Assembly: GCA_000320545.1 (NCBI GenBank)
Contig: ADNK01003130.1
Coordinates: forward strand, 51,829-115,828
Direction of reading: 5' to 3'
DNA length: 64,000 bases
Source: Bigelowiella natans CCMP2755
Lineage: Eukaryota > Protista > Cercozoa
Shown: piece after piece, positions 11,712-25,038 of the stretch
Numbering within the stretch: the first letter of the stretch is position 1
How the letters are laid out: each line of letters starts with the position of its first letter
Translations under genes and position numbers: made by a program
Notes under the pieces: model-generated
The model's input: the letters and a program-made list of their open reading frames with translations, nothing else
Database searches by the model: none
Told to the model about the DNA's origin: nothing

Positions 11712-13245
11712 GGTGTGTGGAAGAGGGTGTCCTCCCTCCTCGCTGCGACCGCCCCGGAGTATTGTTACGTTTTGCGCCAGGCGATACTCATAGTTATAGC
11801 TGCAATAAAAGAGAAGCAATGGGTGATGATGATTCGATGATATGATTGTGATGATAATGATAATGATAATGATGATGATGATGATACTGCTAGTGGTGGA
11901 GGAGGGCGAGGGGTGGGAGGGGGGGGGGACGTAAAAATTGGCGTCGGTACCGAAGATATTTTCAGGAGGTGTAGTAACCCACATCATCATCATCATCATC
12001 ATCATCACCATCATTGTTATCATCGTTACCACCATCATAATTTACTACTTTTATGGTAAATAGTAGTACTGTTCTAATTCGTTGACTGCGTCATGCAGAG
12101 ACGCCAGCTGAAACGCCCCGACGGTGCGCACGCGACCGAAGGCATCGATTCCTAGCAGCAGCACAGAGAAGAACGGTATATATGTCTTAGCCAAGGTCAT
12201 TTGTAAACAGGTAGGCACGCACGATTCTCCTTGCAAAGACGAAACTACATAACATGAGCGGCCTTGTTAAAGAATCCCGGTGCCAATTCGAAGGAAGCAA
12301 ATGGCCCCCGCCCAACCCCCCCCCCCTACCCCCCAATCCACACGAATTGGATGAACGATCGACTACGTAAGCACGTTTCAACGTTGTTATTGATGCTCCA
12401 CAGTTGTATATCGCCCGTTGCAAAGAACAAGCTGAAAGAGATGATGTGGTGGGGAAGAACCGAGGAAGGCCGGCGGCGCGACTCCGAGCTCGATACGCGG
12501 AGTGAAAACTATCTGTTTGGCTCCTCCCTTTTCTCCCGATTTTTTTGCTTCTTCTTCTACAAGGCGCATTTCACGAAGCAGCGCATCCCCAACATGATAA
12601 GGCACCTACATCACCCAATCACAGTAAAGCCTGTACTCAAATGTGTGAAAGGAGGAGGCTGCATTTCGGTAATCAGCATCAGTATCAGCATCAGCATCAG
12701 CATGCACTCCAGGGCCAGCCATTCCAGAATTAGAAATCAGCGGAAAAGGAAGAAAGAACGAAACAAAGCAGAGGGGAAATGCCACCAAAGAATAGTGGAA
12801 TAGTGAATGCATTGCCAATGCCGAAGACAACGACATACGCGCACCATGATGGCAGGTATAGCCCCTGAAGAAGAGTTTCCTTCCCCTCCTTCTTGCTCTC
12901 CTTTTTCGCCCTTGCGGTTGTTGCTTGTGCTGCTGCTGCTCCTTCCACCGCAGAAGCTGTCATCAGGAGATCTATACTGTGTTGGCACTGGTGGCTTGCC
13001 CTCAGTGGAGATCATCACGACGCCTTTGCCATCATCATATTCATCATCATCATCATCATTATTATTACTATTCGGTTACTCATCATTCCCCCCCCGTCAC
13101 CGCCTACGCTGCGATTCTCCCATTGCTATCGTGTGTGTGTGTTGGAAGGATATAGATGTCTCTAAATAGCGTCATCATCCAATCTAGAACTTAGATTGAT
13201 GCAGCCAGCCGCAGATGTACCATCAAACATCATCATCATCACCAC

Positions 13246-13278
<33 letters not shown>

Positions 13279-14431
13279 TATCACACCACCTCCATCACCT
13301 CCACCACCACACAAAGATAAAATACCTGCCGCCCCTTGCTTAGAAGCGAATACAATCTTCTCCTCAAACATGCACTCCCCTCGACGAATGAGTGCGACAA
13401 AGGGAAACTCTCGTCGCTTTCCTCCTCCTCCTCCTCCTCCTCCTCTTCTTCTTTCTCTTGAATGGCGATGATGGAGGGGATGGTTTTCTTTCATGTGGTG
13501 ATGATGACGGTTGGATGCTATCCCTGCTACTTTGTCCTTCTTATGGCTGCTGTGGTGGCCGCTTGTTACAGGTGCTGACATCTCCTTCTCCCCCCCAGGA
13601 CACGCAAATCTAAGGTAGTGAGCGGTTGGCGTGAGCGATTATATATGAGAACATCGCATACACACAGATCATTGAGTTCGGTGGGCATTTCCATGAAAAG
13701 CAAGCTCATCCTCTTTTCATTAAGATGAAAGAAACAATGCAAAACAAATGTCACATCTTCCTCGTCCCGCCTCTTCCCCCCCCCGCGCCCGTCATGTATC
13801 TATCATTCTTCTTTCCCCACCCTAAGTCGACAAGAGGAGCATCTTGAGGAAACGCTGCTACGAGTGTGGTGTACGTCTCCTCCTTGCAAGCAAACAGAGG
13901 AGAGGCCTCGGAGACCAAGGAAAAAGAAGCAGAACGTGACGATGACGATGGCGGTGGAGAGGAGCTGATAGGAGTGGAGGGGGGGGGAGAGGTGTGTGCG
14001 CGCCCAGCTCCAGCTTCCTTTCCATTTTTGTGTTTTTTAGTCCCCTTGTTGCTAGATGCTCTCGCCGTCCTTCCGTCTCTTTTGGTGTGGTGTTTGGTGG
14101 TAGATCTGTTCTTCTTGCCCTCTTTAGGGGGATGCTGATGGCCATGTTGCGATGCTTGCCTTGAACCGCGGTGGTGATGGGCGGCGGATTCATGCTTCTT
14201 TTGCGCCTGTTTACCACCACGGGAAGGATGGGCAATGCCCTTAATTTTGCTGCTGGGAGAGGCAGCAGTAGCAGCAGCGAAGGCAGCATGACGCGTTTCC
14301 AGGAATGCATCAGTAATCTTCACGTCGTCTAGTGGCTTGGGCTGCATCTCCTCGCGCAAGTTTCGATTGCTCTGAACGTGAATACCATTAACAACATCAC
14401 AAGGCTCATTCTCTCGCTCTTTCTCTCTCTC

Positions 14432-14473
<42 letters not shown>

Positions 14474-16170
14474 TTCCCTCCTTCCTTCCTTCCTTTCCCC
14501 TCCCCGTCTCACTATCTCTCTACCTTGATGTGCGGCGGTGCTTTATAATCGGTATGAGCGTCGCTGGGCGATCGTCGTTTCCCCCTCGTCGTTGGCGTGT
14601 ATACGGCTGCTTGTGATTCGTCAGCGCGCTTGCGTTTTGCTGCCTGAGCTACTCCAATTATGTTGTCCCCCCCGTCCGAATCATCAAGGAACTTGCCGCC
14701 CCCCACGAAATCCTCCGAGAGGAGAAGGTCCATTTTGCCATCACTGCCAACATTAGCATGAGGGGTCTTCCGCATCCCCGCCATTATGGCTTGCTGCTCG
14801 TCCTTCAAGGCGTTCTCATCGTGCCCCTTGCCCTCATCTACACCCCCCTGCACCCTCGCAGCAGCAGTAGCAGCATTGAAGGTCACCCTTAGCGTATTTT
14901 CCGTCCATTCAGGTCGATTAAGCAGGCGCTGTGCTAGCTCGTTGTGCATGGTAGCCGGGTTGTCGCGTGCGAAGAAAACTTTATTGCTTCTTCTCCCCCT
15001 TCCACTCGAAGAGGGAGAGAGGTGATTGGCAGTTTGAGCGTCTTCAATCTTATGGATAAGAGCCTCAGATGTATCTGTGCATACGTCGCCGTTGCTGAAT
15101 GACTCCTGAAAAGAGGGGGGGTAGGGGGGAGGGGGGGGGGGGGCAGGATGGAAACGACGCCTCTAAAAAAATCCGTTACAAATATATATCAATTGCGCTC
15201 TCGTCCATGCTCCTATTAAAATGTTCCTACGTATCGCCTTATCTATTTCTGGTGTTAACCTAACAAATGGCGGTGACATTTCTACCTGGGATATCCAGCA
15301 GGAGCCATAGCTCATGAACACGAAGCGTGCATTCTCTGGGGCGCTCTGGATGGCATCGTCCTGCGACTCCCGGCAAATACTTTCAGTGAACTCCTCCCCG
15401 CCCCCGCAAAAAACTAGGAAATATATTGGGGGGGGAGGCTTTAACGACAAATTCGACGACGGACAGGGCGGGGGCGAAGAGAGAGACGAAGTAGCGTTGA
15501 TGATTGGGCGCACGCTGTTTCGAGAGTGGTGATCAGACAGGTTAATATCCGATTCCCCATCCCAATTGATATTCTCTTCCAATTTCCCTGTCCCCCCGCC
15601 CAGCTTGAGCGATTCTCCATTGGTGAGCTTTATGTTGACTTGGGAGAGAGTCCCGTATGGCATAATTGTGGGGGACTCATCTACAATATAGTCTCTCCCC
15701 GCTCTGTTTCCTGTTGATTTTTCCTCCCCCTGATGTCTAGATTTTAGACCGATGGTTTTCTTCCGCACGCGAAGAACTGTGTTCAACCGAAACTCGAATG
15801 ATTCATGGAGACGAAGGCGGGAGAGCCGTTTTTGGCTGTTTGTGGGAATAGTTTATCGTCAGGATAGGGGACTCGTGCAACAAGAGGAACACCATATATT
15901 TTTGCCGTATCAACCATTAGTGTGGACGTGAGTTCGTTAGTGCGGACGTGAGTTTTTGCCTCGAAAGAAACCCTCTACAGAAGAGAAGATGGATAGGGGA
16001 CACAATCAAACGCACCTGCCCTGCGATACGTCGTCACTTCTGAAGCCGTGCTGTTGAACTAGACGACTTCCTGACGCAGACCCCTCTACTACCACACCCG
16101 ACACAAGGGATATCCCGTGAAGGGAGTGCACAATCGCCCCCAGTAGCCCGCAGAGTAGCAGAGCGGGCAT
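8383..16170 (-). CDS. Secreted PA-domain plus peptide-N-glycosidase F C-terminal-like protein, multi-exon, with long low-complexity insertions
   Basis: Signal peptide MPALLLCGLLGAIV (ATG 16170); PA motif VALIRRGECMFEEK..ASKQGAAG; ISRWVTPY..GRWVTDISPMLP; VTGHGWG..NCAEFC; GTWETGRSGWCPG; C-terminus IHMESYLVFFG*. Confidence 0.8.
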
Positions 16171-16691
16171 AGGAGGCGCAGCGAGGGGGATCGGGTCGCA
16201 GTGGATCTATTTTTTTTTGAAATATAAAAAATTTAAAAAATGCTTCAGGAGGTGCTGTTAGTCTTGTCGTAGAACTGAAATCCCCAATAGATTTCATTTA
16301 GAAGAACGTGCATTTCGCCAATTTCCAAGTTTCTCAGTTACCGTATTGGCACGCTTGTCGTAGAGGCCAGAACGCCCTAGCCCTCCCTGAAAGAAAATCC
16401 AGGATATTTTCGGTGGACGAACTAGACCAGAAGTCAGGGGAATCAAGGTGGCTGGGAGGGGGGTGTACTCGTGTCAATGATGCTCAACTTCATTCTGGTC
16501 GAAACCCTACGAAATCACCCAAATCAAGCCAGCATGGCAGAATCCTCAGTCATGGAATTTGGGATTTGAGATGCATCTTGATGGGGTATATTCCGCGGTT
16601 GCAACTGACCGACAACAATCCATGAATTAGTTCCGAATAAATGGCACATCAGTTTGCTTCTCAATCCGATTTATCAGAGTCTGAACCACGG

Positions 16692-18349
16692 ATGGGCCCT
16701 GGTGTGTCCTGGCTCCTTGGAGTCCTCCTTGCTCTCCGTGTCTCGCCTACTAGGACGGGGGTTGAGAACAGCAATGGATCGCGTGTCACACAGCAAATCA
16801 CTGTGAGCGGGGTATCCTCTGGAGGATTTTTTGCCGTGCAGTTCCATGTAGCTTACTCCAGGTACCTCCCGTTTATTTCCCCCATGACATCCATCTCCCT
16901 GATTTAGAAGGTTGTTCATAGCATAATTCGTGGGGCGGGCATTATTGCTGGAGGACCATTTTACTGTGCGCAGGTGTCATCGTTACTCATTTTTAAATCG
17001 AAAGTTAATCAATTTTACACACGAACCATATCATCCTAAATTGATTTCGCACGGACAACAGGGAAACGTCGATATCGCGTTAACAAGCTGTATGAGGACT
17101 CCGGTACACTTCACTACTCCATTGAAGATTGTTCCATGCTCCTCATATATTTAAGTTGGGAATTTTATCACCACATTATTATTCATAGGGGCTGATATCG
17201 GTCGACGAACTTGTCGCCATAACTCATTCGACGTATCTCACCACGAGGACAATTGACGACCCCAAGAACCTATCTATGGTTACTCGATATTAAAGACATC
17301 GCATTTAACGATGAGTGACGAATTTATTATACATTACACAGGATACAAAGGTTTGGCTTTTACCGGAACGGAAGACACGGGTAAATCAGCAGTGTTTCGT
17401 GTGATACGTTTTCCCTGAAATTGCAAAATTTACTATTCCAGTGGTAAACCCCGGCGTTGTACACAAACTGCAATCATATTATGGAAACTTTGGGGTGGAC
17501 GAAATTAAACTTGTGGATACTGTCCCTGCGGAACATTCTTGGTGCTACTAACTAACAGTTTTAGTCAAAGAAGCGATCTTACACTTTCCTGCTAATCATC
17601 AGGGTAACGGACTCTTATGGAAATTCTTGCAGCTTTAAAGGAGAGCCCTACATAAATAATTGTGGCTATAATGCTGCTAATGAATTACTGACGTATTTGC
17701 ATTCAACTTCTGGGAAAGGAAACCTTTCGTCCACGTCCGTACATACTTCGCTGAACAACTTCACTGGCACGAATAAAAGCAGCAAGGGGGGAGGCAAATT
17801 GGTTAAGATAAATCAAAAAATGTTTGTCCCACCGGGTGTCATTCCGGCGGCAATTGGGCTCCACGACACAGCCTATGCATTTCTTCCGGATGGTTGTTCT
17901 TTCGGCGGACAGAACTGCGATATACATGTAGCGTTCCATGGATGCTTGCAAGGTAGTTGAATGGACAGTTAACGATCTCTCATTTTATGTCAAGCAGCTT
18001 TCGATTTTATGTTTAATAGGTATTCCGAAAATCGGGATGCAATTTGTAAACGTAAGTATCAGACATGTATATATTCACCACAGCGATTGATTAGCCTAAT
18101 ATTTTAGAACACGGGATTGAACGAGGTTGCAGCGGCATACAATATCATTGTCTTATACCCCCAAGCGATGGCAACCTTGACTAATCCGAAAGGGTATTAC
18201 TTCCCAAAGCATTGTGAGTTGTGCGTCTCTGATCCTGTTTAATGGGTGATAGGTGTTGGGACTGGTGGGGTTATTCTGGCGAGGATTATTCATCTCAGCT
18301 TGGAGTACAAATGAAAACTGTTAAAGCTATGCTTGATTCCATAAGATAA
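16692..18349 (+). CDS. Secreted poly(3-hydroxybutyrate) depolymerase-like esterase, many short introns
   Basis: Signal peptide; ITVSGVSSGGFFAVQFHVAYS, GAGIIAGGPFYCA, HVAFHGCLQG, IIVLYPQA, NPKGCWDWWGY. Confidence 0.88.
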
Positions 18350-18664
18350 TATCACCATTTGAAATTTCTCATTTGCAATTTTGTACACGTACGCACGTGT
18401 GTGTGTACGTAGCCAGCACATCTGTATTTGCTCCATGTGCTATATCTGCAATGCACATCGATCTAGCTAAGCATGTGTGCGACATGTTCCGATCGACACA
18501 TCTACGCAAGGCGAGATCAAACAAAAAGCACCTGCTATGTAGGTGGTCATGGTCGATCATGCGTGGACATCATCGATGCGCTTAGCTTGCATTCACCAAC
18601 AGTACCATGCAAGTGCGTTCCGTAGCTTGAACTTCCCACAGGGAAATTCAGACCGCCTGTGTAT

Positions 18665-19200
18665 GTCCAGCCATTGTTAGCATGTGATCTAGTGATGACG
18701 CATGCACAGAAGCAGGAAATGAGAAGCAGAAAAAAAAATCAAATCTGGAAATCATCATCAAGATTTCATGGCTTGAACGTGCACTTTCAAGCTGCTCAAC
18801 GCACCACTGCGTAACACAGGCGTGTGTCTGGGATTTGTTGGGGCTGGACGCGGCATTCAAAAGTCCGCCAAGCAGTCCAAGCAGCGTGTTCGCGAGCGCC
18901 CTCGCACTGCTGCTCACCTAGCTAGCTAGTCTAGTAGTCACAGTTGCATCCAAAGTGAGACAAAATGAGCCACTTGGATCAGAGGACACCATCACACACC
19001 CCCCTTCTAGCCTTGCACACTGTGATCAGTGGAGCTCGCTCTTCTTCTTCTTGTGTTGTTCACCCCCCTCCCCGGAAGATTGCGAGTGCACACGTGTCCT
19101 TGTCGCATGAGTGACGCATTTTTGACTGAACAAGCAATCACCTAAGTGTTGTCGCACCATCAAAATGGAGGGGATTTGTTGAACTGAAAGGAAACCACCT
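18665..19200. other. TpA-depleted intergenic tract (possible eroded repeat)
   Basis: 10 TA in about 535 bp, 9 of them in CTA or TAG context. Confidence 0.55.
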
Positions 19201-19640
19201 CGTACATCTTGCAGGAACCGGCTGCTGGTCGTCGAGATGCCTGCAGGCTCTAATCGCTCCTTCTGGCTACTCTCTCTGATAGCAAGCTTCTACCTCGCAA
19301 GCCCTCAGAAACACGCGGTGCATGTCCACTTTTGTTTTTGTCGTTTGCGTTGCTCAGCAAAGAGAAGAGAGGGTGGTGGTGGTGGTGGTGGTGGTGGGCG
19401 ATAGGCTGGGTACCGTACTTGCATCCTCACACACACAACTAACAACTGGAGGCTTCATCCTCACACACAACTAACAACCACAGGTTTCATCCTCCGGTTG
19501 TTCCCCACTCCATCTCCACCCATCGCCCTCGTCCCAATGTGCGGATGTTCCGACTGGTCGGCGCTCTTTCCGAAGGCGCAATTTCTTCTCCTCTGACAAC
19601 CTCCGTTCCCTCCATCGCCGTCGGCTGCAGCGCGGATCCT

Positions 19641-20464
19641 ATGCAAATCGATATTCCTCATCACTTTCCGAGAAGCAAGGAGGGGGGGCGTTTGGAAGCC
19701 GTGTTTCTAGGACTGCATTGATTTCTAGCGGTGAGCAGCAGGGCACAAATCGTGACAGCCGAGGGTGGAAATTCTTCAGATCGCTCGGAAGCCCAAGGAT
19801 ATGGGTGGCACCTATGGTGGACGGGAGTGAGCTGCCGTTTCGCCTGCTTTGTAAACGGTACGTGTTCACTGATTCCAACTTCAAATCTGGGGAAATACGT
19901 TTGAAACACACAGCCCACATTTCTCCTCCTCCCTGTTGGTATTAGGCATGGAGCCGAAGGCGCCTACAGCCCTATGCTGCATGCGAAACTCTTCCTCAAC
20001 TCGAAGAGATACCGTGAGGAACACTTCAGGTTACCCCATCTCTAAGTGTACGATTCTCACTCATCTTCCCTCTGATCGCCGTTGAAAATAATGCATACAC
20101 AGCACCTGCGCTGAGGATAGGCCCCTTTTTGTTCAATTCTGTGCGAACGACCCCGAGGTTTTCTTGCAGGTTTTGGCCATCTTCATAGTGTAGCTACTTA
20201 TTGATAGAAGGCATGCATCGAGATGTGCGCATAATGGAGGAAATGAAACACACACACACACACACACACATAGAAAGGGAGAGAGTTAGAAATAGGAGAG
20301 AGCATAGCATTTTATAATACGATATAACATCACAACAGGCTGCATCTCTTGTGCAGGACAATTGTGACGCTATCGATCTGAACTTAGGGTAGTTGTTTGG
20401 ACAATTATCGTGAAAGAGAAAATGCACTATTGACAGCTAACCACATCAATATCAACCTAAATAT

Positions 20465-20504
<40 letters not shown>

Positions 20505-21484
20505 CTTCTTGTGTGCGTGCATTCATGATATTTTGCGTGATTATGCGACTTTTGAAGATGCCCCCAGCGCATTGCTCAGAAAGGTAACTATGGAGCCTTT
20601 TTGATGAGAAATCTAAGCAAGATCGAGAAGCTTGTTACCACAGCTTCGAAAGGTGAAACCCCCGCTTAAATGCATGCAATGGCTGAACATACACACACAC
20701 ACACACACACACGCACGCACGCATTCACCATTGTGTATAACTGTCTAATCAGTAATTATTGTATTATTTTCATGCTGCCATGAAGGCCTCTCGGTTCCCG
20801 TGACAGTCAAGATTCGTATATTTGAAGAGGTCTGCAGCAGCTGATAATATTTTCGGATTGCTGACATTTTATTCCCTAGTAGTAGCAGCACAAAGCCAGC
20901 ACTGCACAGTAGACAACTTACCCCCCCCCCCCCTCTCCCTCTCTCACCCCACTCTTTTGTTTGGGTTTAGATTGAGAAAACCCTCGACTACGTGAGAATG
21001 CTACGGGATGCTGGTCTCCTTACATGCAACATCCCACGACAATCCATGCAAAATCATATACACATATGTGTGTGTGTGTTTGTGTGTATAGATTAAAATA
21101 ATAGAATGATTATGTCCCTGTGCGGTTTGACACGGTTGATAGCTTGGGAAGGATATGAGATGTGTTGCGCACACCACTAGGTGCAACCATGATCGCGGTA
21201 CATGGCCGGAGGATTGACCAAAAGAATTCAAGAGAAATTAGGGTACTACTACTACTACTACTATTACCAGCTACATTCCACATTAGTTTCGAGCGCGATA
21301 ATTATATCCGAGAGATCCCTCACAGTTAACTTCGATTCGCAACAATTAAGGCCGATTGGAGCGTCATAAAGCGGATTGTCGAAGAGGTCGTGCCACACCC
21401 ATTGCCCCCTCACGACAAACGCAACACACACATATGCACACGCAAAGAACGGGGGGAGGGGACTAGGTGTGGAAAGTATCTAAC

Positions 21485-21527
<43 letters not shown>

Positions 21528-21942
21528 ATTGTGCTCAATGTGCTTATTATGGTGTCTTATTATTAGTTTCCTGATGTGCCAATCATCGCAAATGGCAATA
21601 TACGCAATCGAGAGGTATCATGGATATTCTCTCACTCATCGTCTCCTCTCGTGCAACGAGCCTTTCGCACATAGGCGCGCGCGCGCACACGCACACGCAC
21701 TCTCCATGTACATGAGCTGCATTATCAGCCTCACAATCGTCATTGCTGATCGTAGGATGTGGAGGAGTGCTTGCGATTTACTGGAGCAGCTGCGGTTATG
21801 TCCGCGCAGACTCTCCTAGACGACCCCACGGCTTTGGAAGGAGGGGGGTAAGATAGAGGAGAGAGGGGAGAGATAATCCCAGCTACATGAATACATCTAT
21901 TGCATAAGAGCAAAATACAGACACACAAAATCTCCCCCCCCC

Positions 21943-22012
<70 letters not shown>

Positions 22013-22347
22013 AAACACAGACGCGCATGCGCGCACACACGCACGCATACAACCACGCATAGGCGTCCAACAATCACAGAAGACCCCGAGCAAAGTGCCA
22101 GGTAAGATGTGCGGAACGTAAGCATGATCCGTTTTGCACTCAGAGGACCAACAAAGCACACGCCTAATGCCACCCACAGGTCTATGATCGAGTACATCTC
22201 CCTGGTGGAAAAGCATCCTACCAAGATGGCGTGCATCCACATGCACATGCATGCGTACGTGGAGGGAGAGAGAGAGAGAAGAGGGGAATTGAAGGGGGGG
22301 GGGGAGGGGGTTGGGTGGGGATTGATGCTATATATTCGTATTTCATT

Positions 22348-22415
<68 letters not shown>

Positions 22416-23018
22416 CAGGATGAAAATATATATTAAAGCACCAGTGCTTTCAACCATGTACTGCAATTGCTTCGAATAATATAGATGTATGCGCGATTGG
22501 CTCGCTGAGTTTACGGATTTACGAGAGGAGTTGAACAAGGTACTTTATTCGCCAGGAGCACCAACGAACCCATGCTCGTGCCAGAAGCATGGCAGAGTGC
22601 GATGTATAGCGGGGAGGAAGGGGGTGGTAGCTAGTTAGTAGTACTACTTGTTGTTGTTGCGGAAAGCACACAACTAAATGCGTGTTTGAAATCAAGTGCC
22701 ACCTTCAGGTTACCACCCCCATACTTGACCATGATCCTGTATTTATATCCACTTGCTGCCCCCCCCGTGCACGCATCCTCTAGGTGCCTCGGAGAGCCAA
22801 AAATGATATGTCGGTAGCTTGCAGTCTTTATCGTGAAGTTGCTGAGAAGGTGGAGCAGCGTATACTACACGTCAAGCGCACTGAAAATAGGTACGATAAA
22901 TAACAAGTAAGGCAGCATGAAGTCACCGCATGAGAACATCATCATATCATCATTTTGATCGCTGTTATTGTCATAATGGTTGGCACAAATAAGGGCAAAA
23001 CACTATGGTAAAAAGATC

Positions 23019-23065
<47 letters not shown>

Positions 23066-23302
23066 TCATTTCCTCCGTATTCCTGCTTTGAAAAACCTAT
23101 AGGACTGTCGCAATCCGCGCACCCTCGTTTCGCGAAATTGAACGTGCTGCCGCACGTGAAGCGGCCATTGCACAGCAGAGGGAGGAAGAAACCGCGCTTA
23201 GAGACCTCGAAAACCTTTCGGAGAAGACCAAAGACAAACATGCAACATGATGAGAGTGAAGAAACCCAAAATTCAAAAAACATCAGCAGTCTAGATGACT
23301 GA
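19641..23302 (+). CDS. DUS1: tRNA-dihydrouridine synthase, Dus1-type, multi-exon (start uncertain)
   Basis: [72 protein letters not shown]. Confidence 0.9.
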
Positions 23303-23340
23303 TACCACAACACGGTTTATGCAAATCTTGCATGCGTAGA

Positions 23341-24010
23341 AGCATCAGCTTTGCACCGCATGCCCCTGACCATGCTTTTTGCCACGTGCAATGTTGTCAT
23401 CATTGATGCAAGGACATGTGGAAGTTGCTAAGTTGACATCTGGTTCTGGTTTAGTGCACATTGTGAGATTAGCTAGGAAAATGATTCATAGCCCATCAAT
23501 GACGCAGCACACACAAACTAGAAGCACTGATGAATGCATCTCGTGTGAATGTTGGCACACATGCTGATGTCCAGCCTTGGAGAGAAACAGTGCGGGCGGG
23601 CTCACGAGATGATCTTCGGGGCATGAGGAGAGGGCAACGGTGCGCAACAGCACTTTTAAATGAACAACAAAGGAAGAAACAATCTGGATGATGCATGGAC
23701 CACACTTCCGCAAAAGCTAGAAAGGTTGCAAGACATGTCATCTGCTGAGTTTGCTTCGCGCATCACATCATCGCACCACTCGTTTGAATCATCTATTGAG
23801 CAAGTTGCTTAGCTTCTGCTGTTTGCTACGCACACATGCCGTTGCCATCACATCGCACCGCACTGCCATGTATGTCATGGGATGACACAATCGAGCAGCT
23901 ATCAGCCAGCGTTTTCGAATCTTGCAAACACCACGATGTAGCAATGCTCTGCGACGAAGTGATCTTGCTGTCATTTGTGCATTTTTCGAGCTTCATCGTT
24001 CAATTTGATT
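23341..24010. other. TpA-depleted intergenic tract
   Basis: 14 TA in about 670 bp, 12 in CTA or TAG context; rich in CA/TG. Confidence 0.55.
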
Positions 24011-24041
24011 TTTTATGATGTCTGTACAAAATTAATCCAGC

Positions 24042-25038
24042 TTACCAATCTCGTGATTGCATGCACGTACCATAGATTGATTTTCTCTGTATAATTGTAT
24101 GTTGCTTACCACAGTTGTCGTTGTGGGTGAAATTCGAAATTTGGGCATAATCGTCCAATATAGCTTCATGTAGCACACGGCGAGCCTCTATCACAGAAAG
24201 AGTATCTATTTGTCTTATCTGATAAACAATGTAGGCTCTTATTGAGCGGACTTTGGGACAATCGTAGCCACTGCATCCGCATTTTGTTAAAACGCAATTT
24301 CTATGAAATACGTTGCAATAAGTTTGCATATATTCAATCAAGTCCCTCAGCTTTGTCCGAACCATTAAAATATCGTGAAATTTTCGTTGATCGCGCTGCT
24401 GTAGAGCTTTTGGTAAATCGGGTGTAGAAGAATAAAAATTCCAGAATTGACCCAGCGGACGTAGTCGTGGAACAAATTCGTTGAACCTGATCATAAATGC
24501 ACCTAGTGATTCCTTTCTCGTTCTTTTTAGGATGTCGGTTGCACTACCATTTTTCATCCGTTAAAGCAATCGGTTTGCTGGTAGCAGCCAAAAAGTGCAC
24601 CAATAGATCTAAATGTTTCACCCAACTTCTTCCTGTGATCGTGTGCCCTTTGTAGCGCATGATCCACTTTGGCTGAAAATAGGTTTCAGAATGAGGCCGT
24701 TGATACTTTAGATTCTGCGAGCACGTTTTTAAGGTACTACCTGGTAAAGATCGAGAGAATCCACCTCAAAGTTTGGATTCAATTTGAAGGCTTGCTCCCA
24801 GAGCGTTTCCTATAGATTTAGTTAAATTAAGTTAGAAAGAGTGACCTATGGAACAGCAATACTTCACGACCTTCGCTTTATCGACGACAAGCTTGAAGGT
24901 CTGACACGTGCGCCTCAGACGGACTAGAATTTTCGCTGATGGCCCCAAAAACTTGAGCACTTGCATGATTATATCATGATTTCTCAGCACTTTCTCAGCA
25001 GATCCAGGGCCAGAGCGCAGGACGGTCTTCGACCCCAT
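24042..25038 (-). CDS. F-box-like protein, multi-exon
   Basis: N-terminal DIIMQVLKFL..KILVRLRRTCQTFK...LW pattern resembles an F-box; 171-aa terminal exon. Confidence 0.55.

Noticed and set aside
9000-14500. Many short ORFs with poly-M, -I, -L, -C or -H runs
   Set aside because: Translations of intronic microsatellites or antisense frames of the PNGase-like gene.
19420-19495. Short imperfect tandem repeat (catcctcacacacaactaacaac, two copies), and a similar pair at about 15918-15955
   Set aside because: Only two copies, no spacers and no cas genes; not CRISPR, ordinary local duplication.
22351-22413. Compound (CA)n(TA)n tracts as products of the TpA mutator
   Set aside because: Such compound microsatellites are common in many eukaryotes and the (TA)n parts are pristine; they serve better as a control showing TpA loss is not genome-wide.
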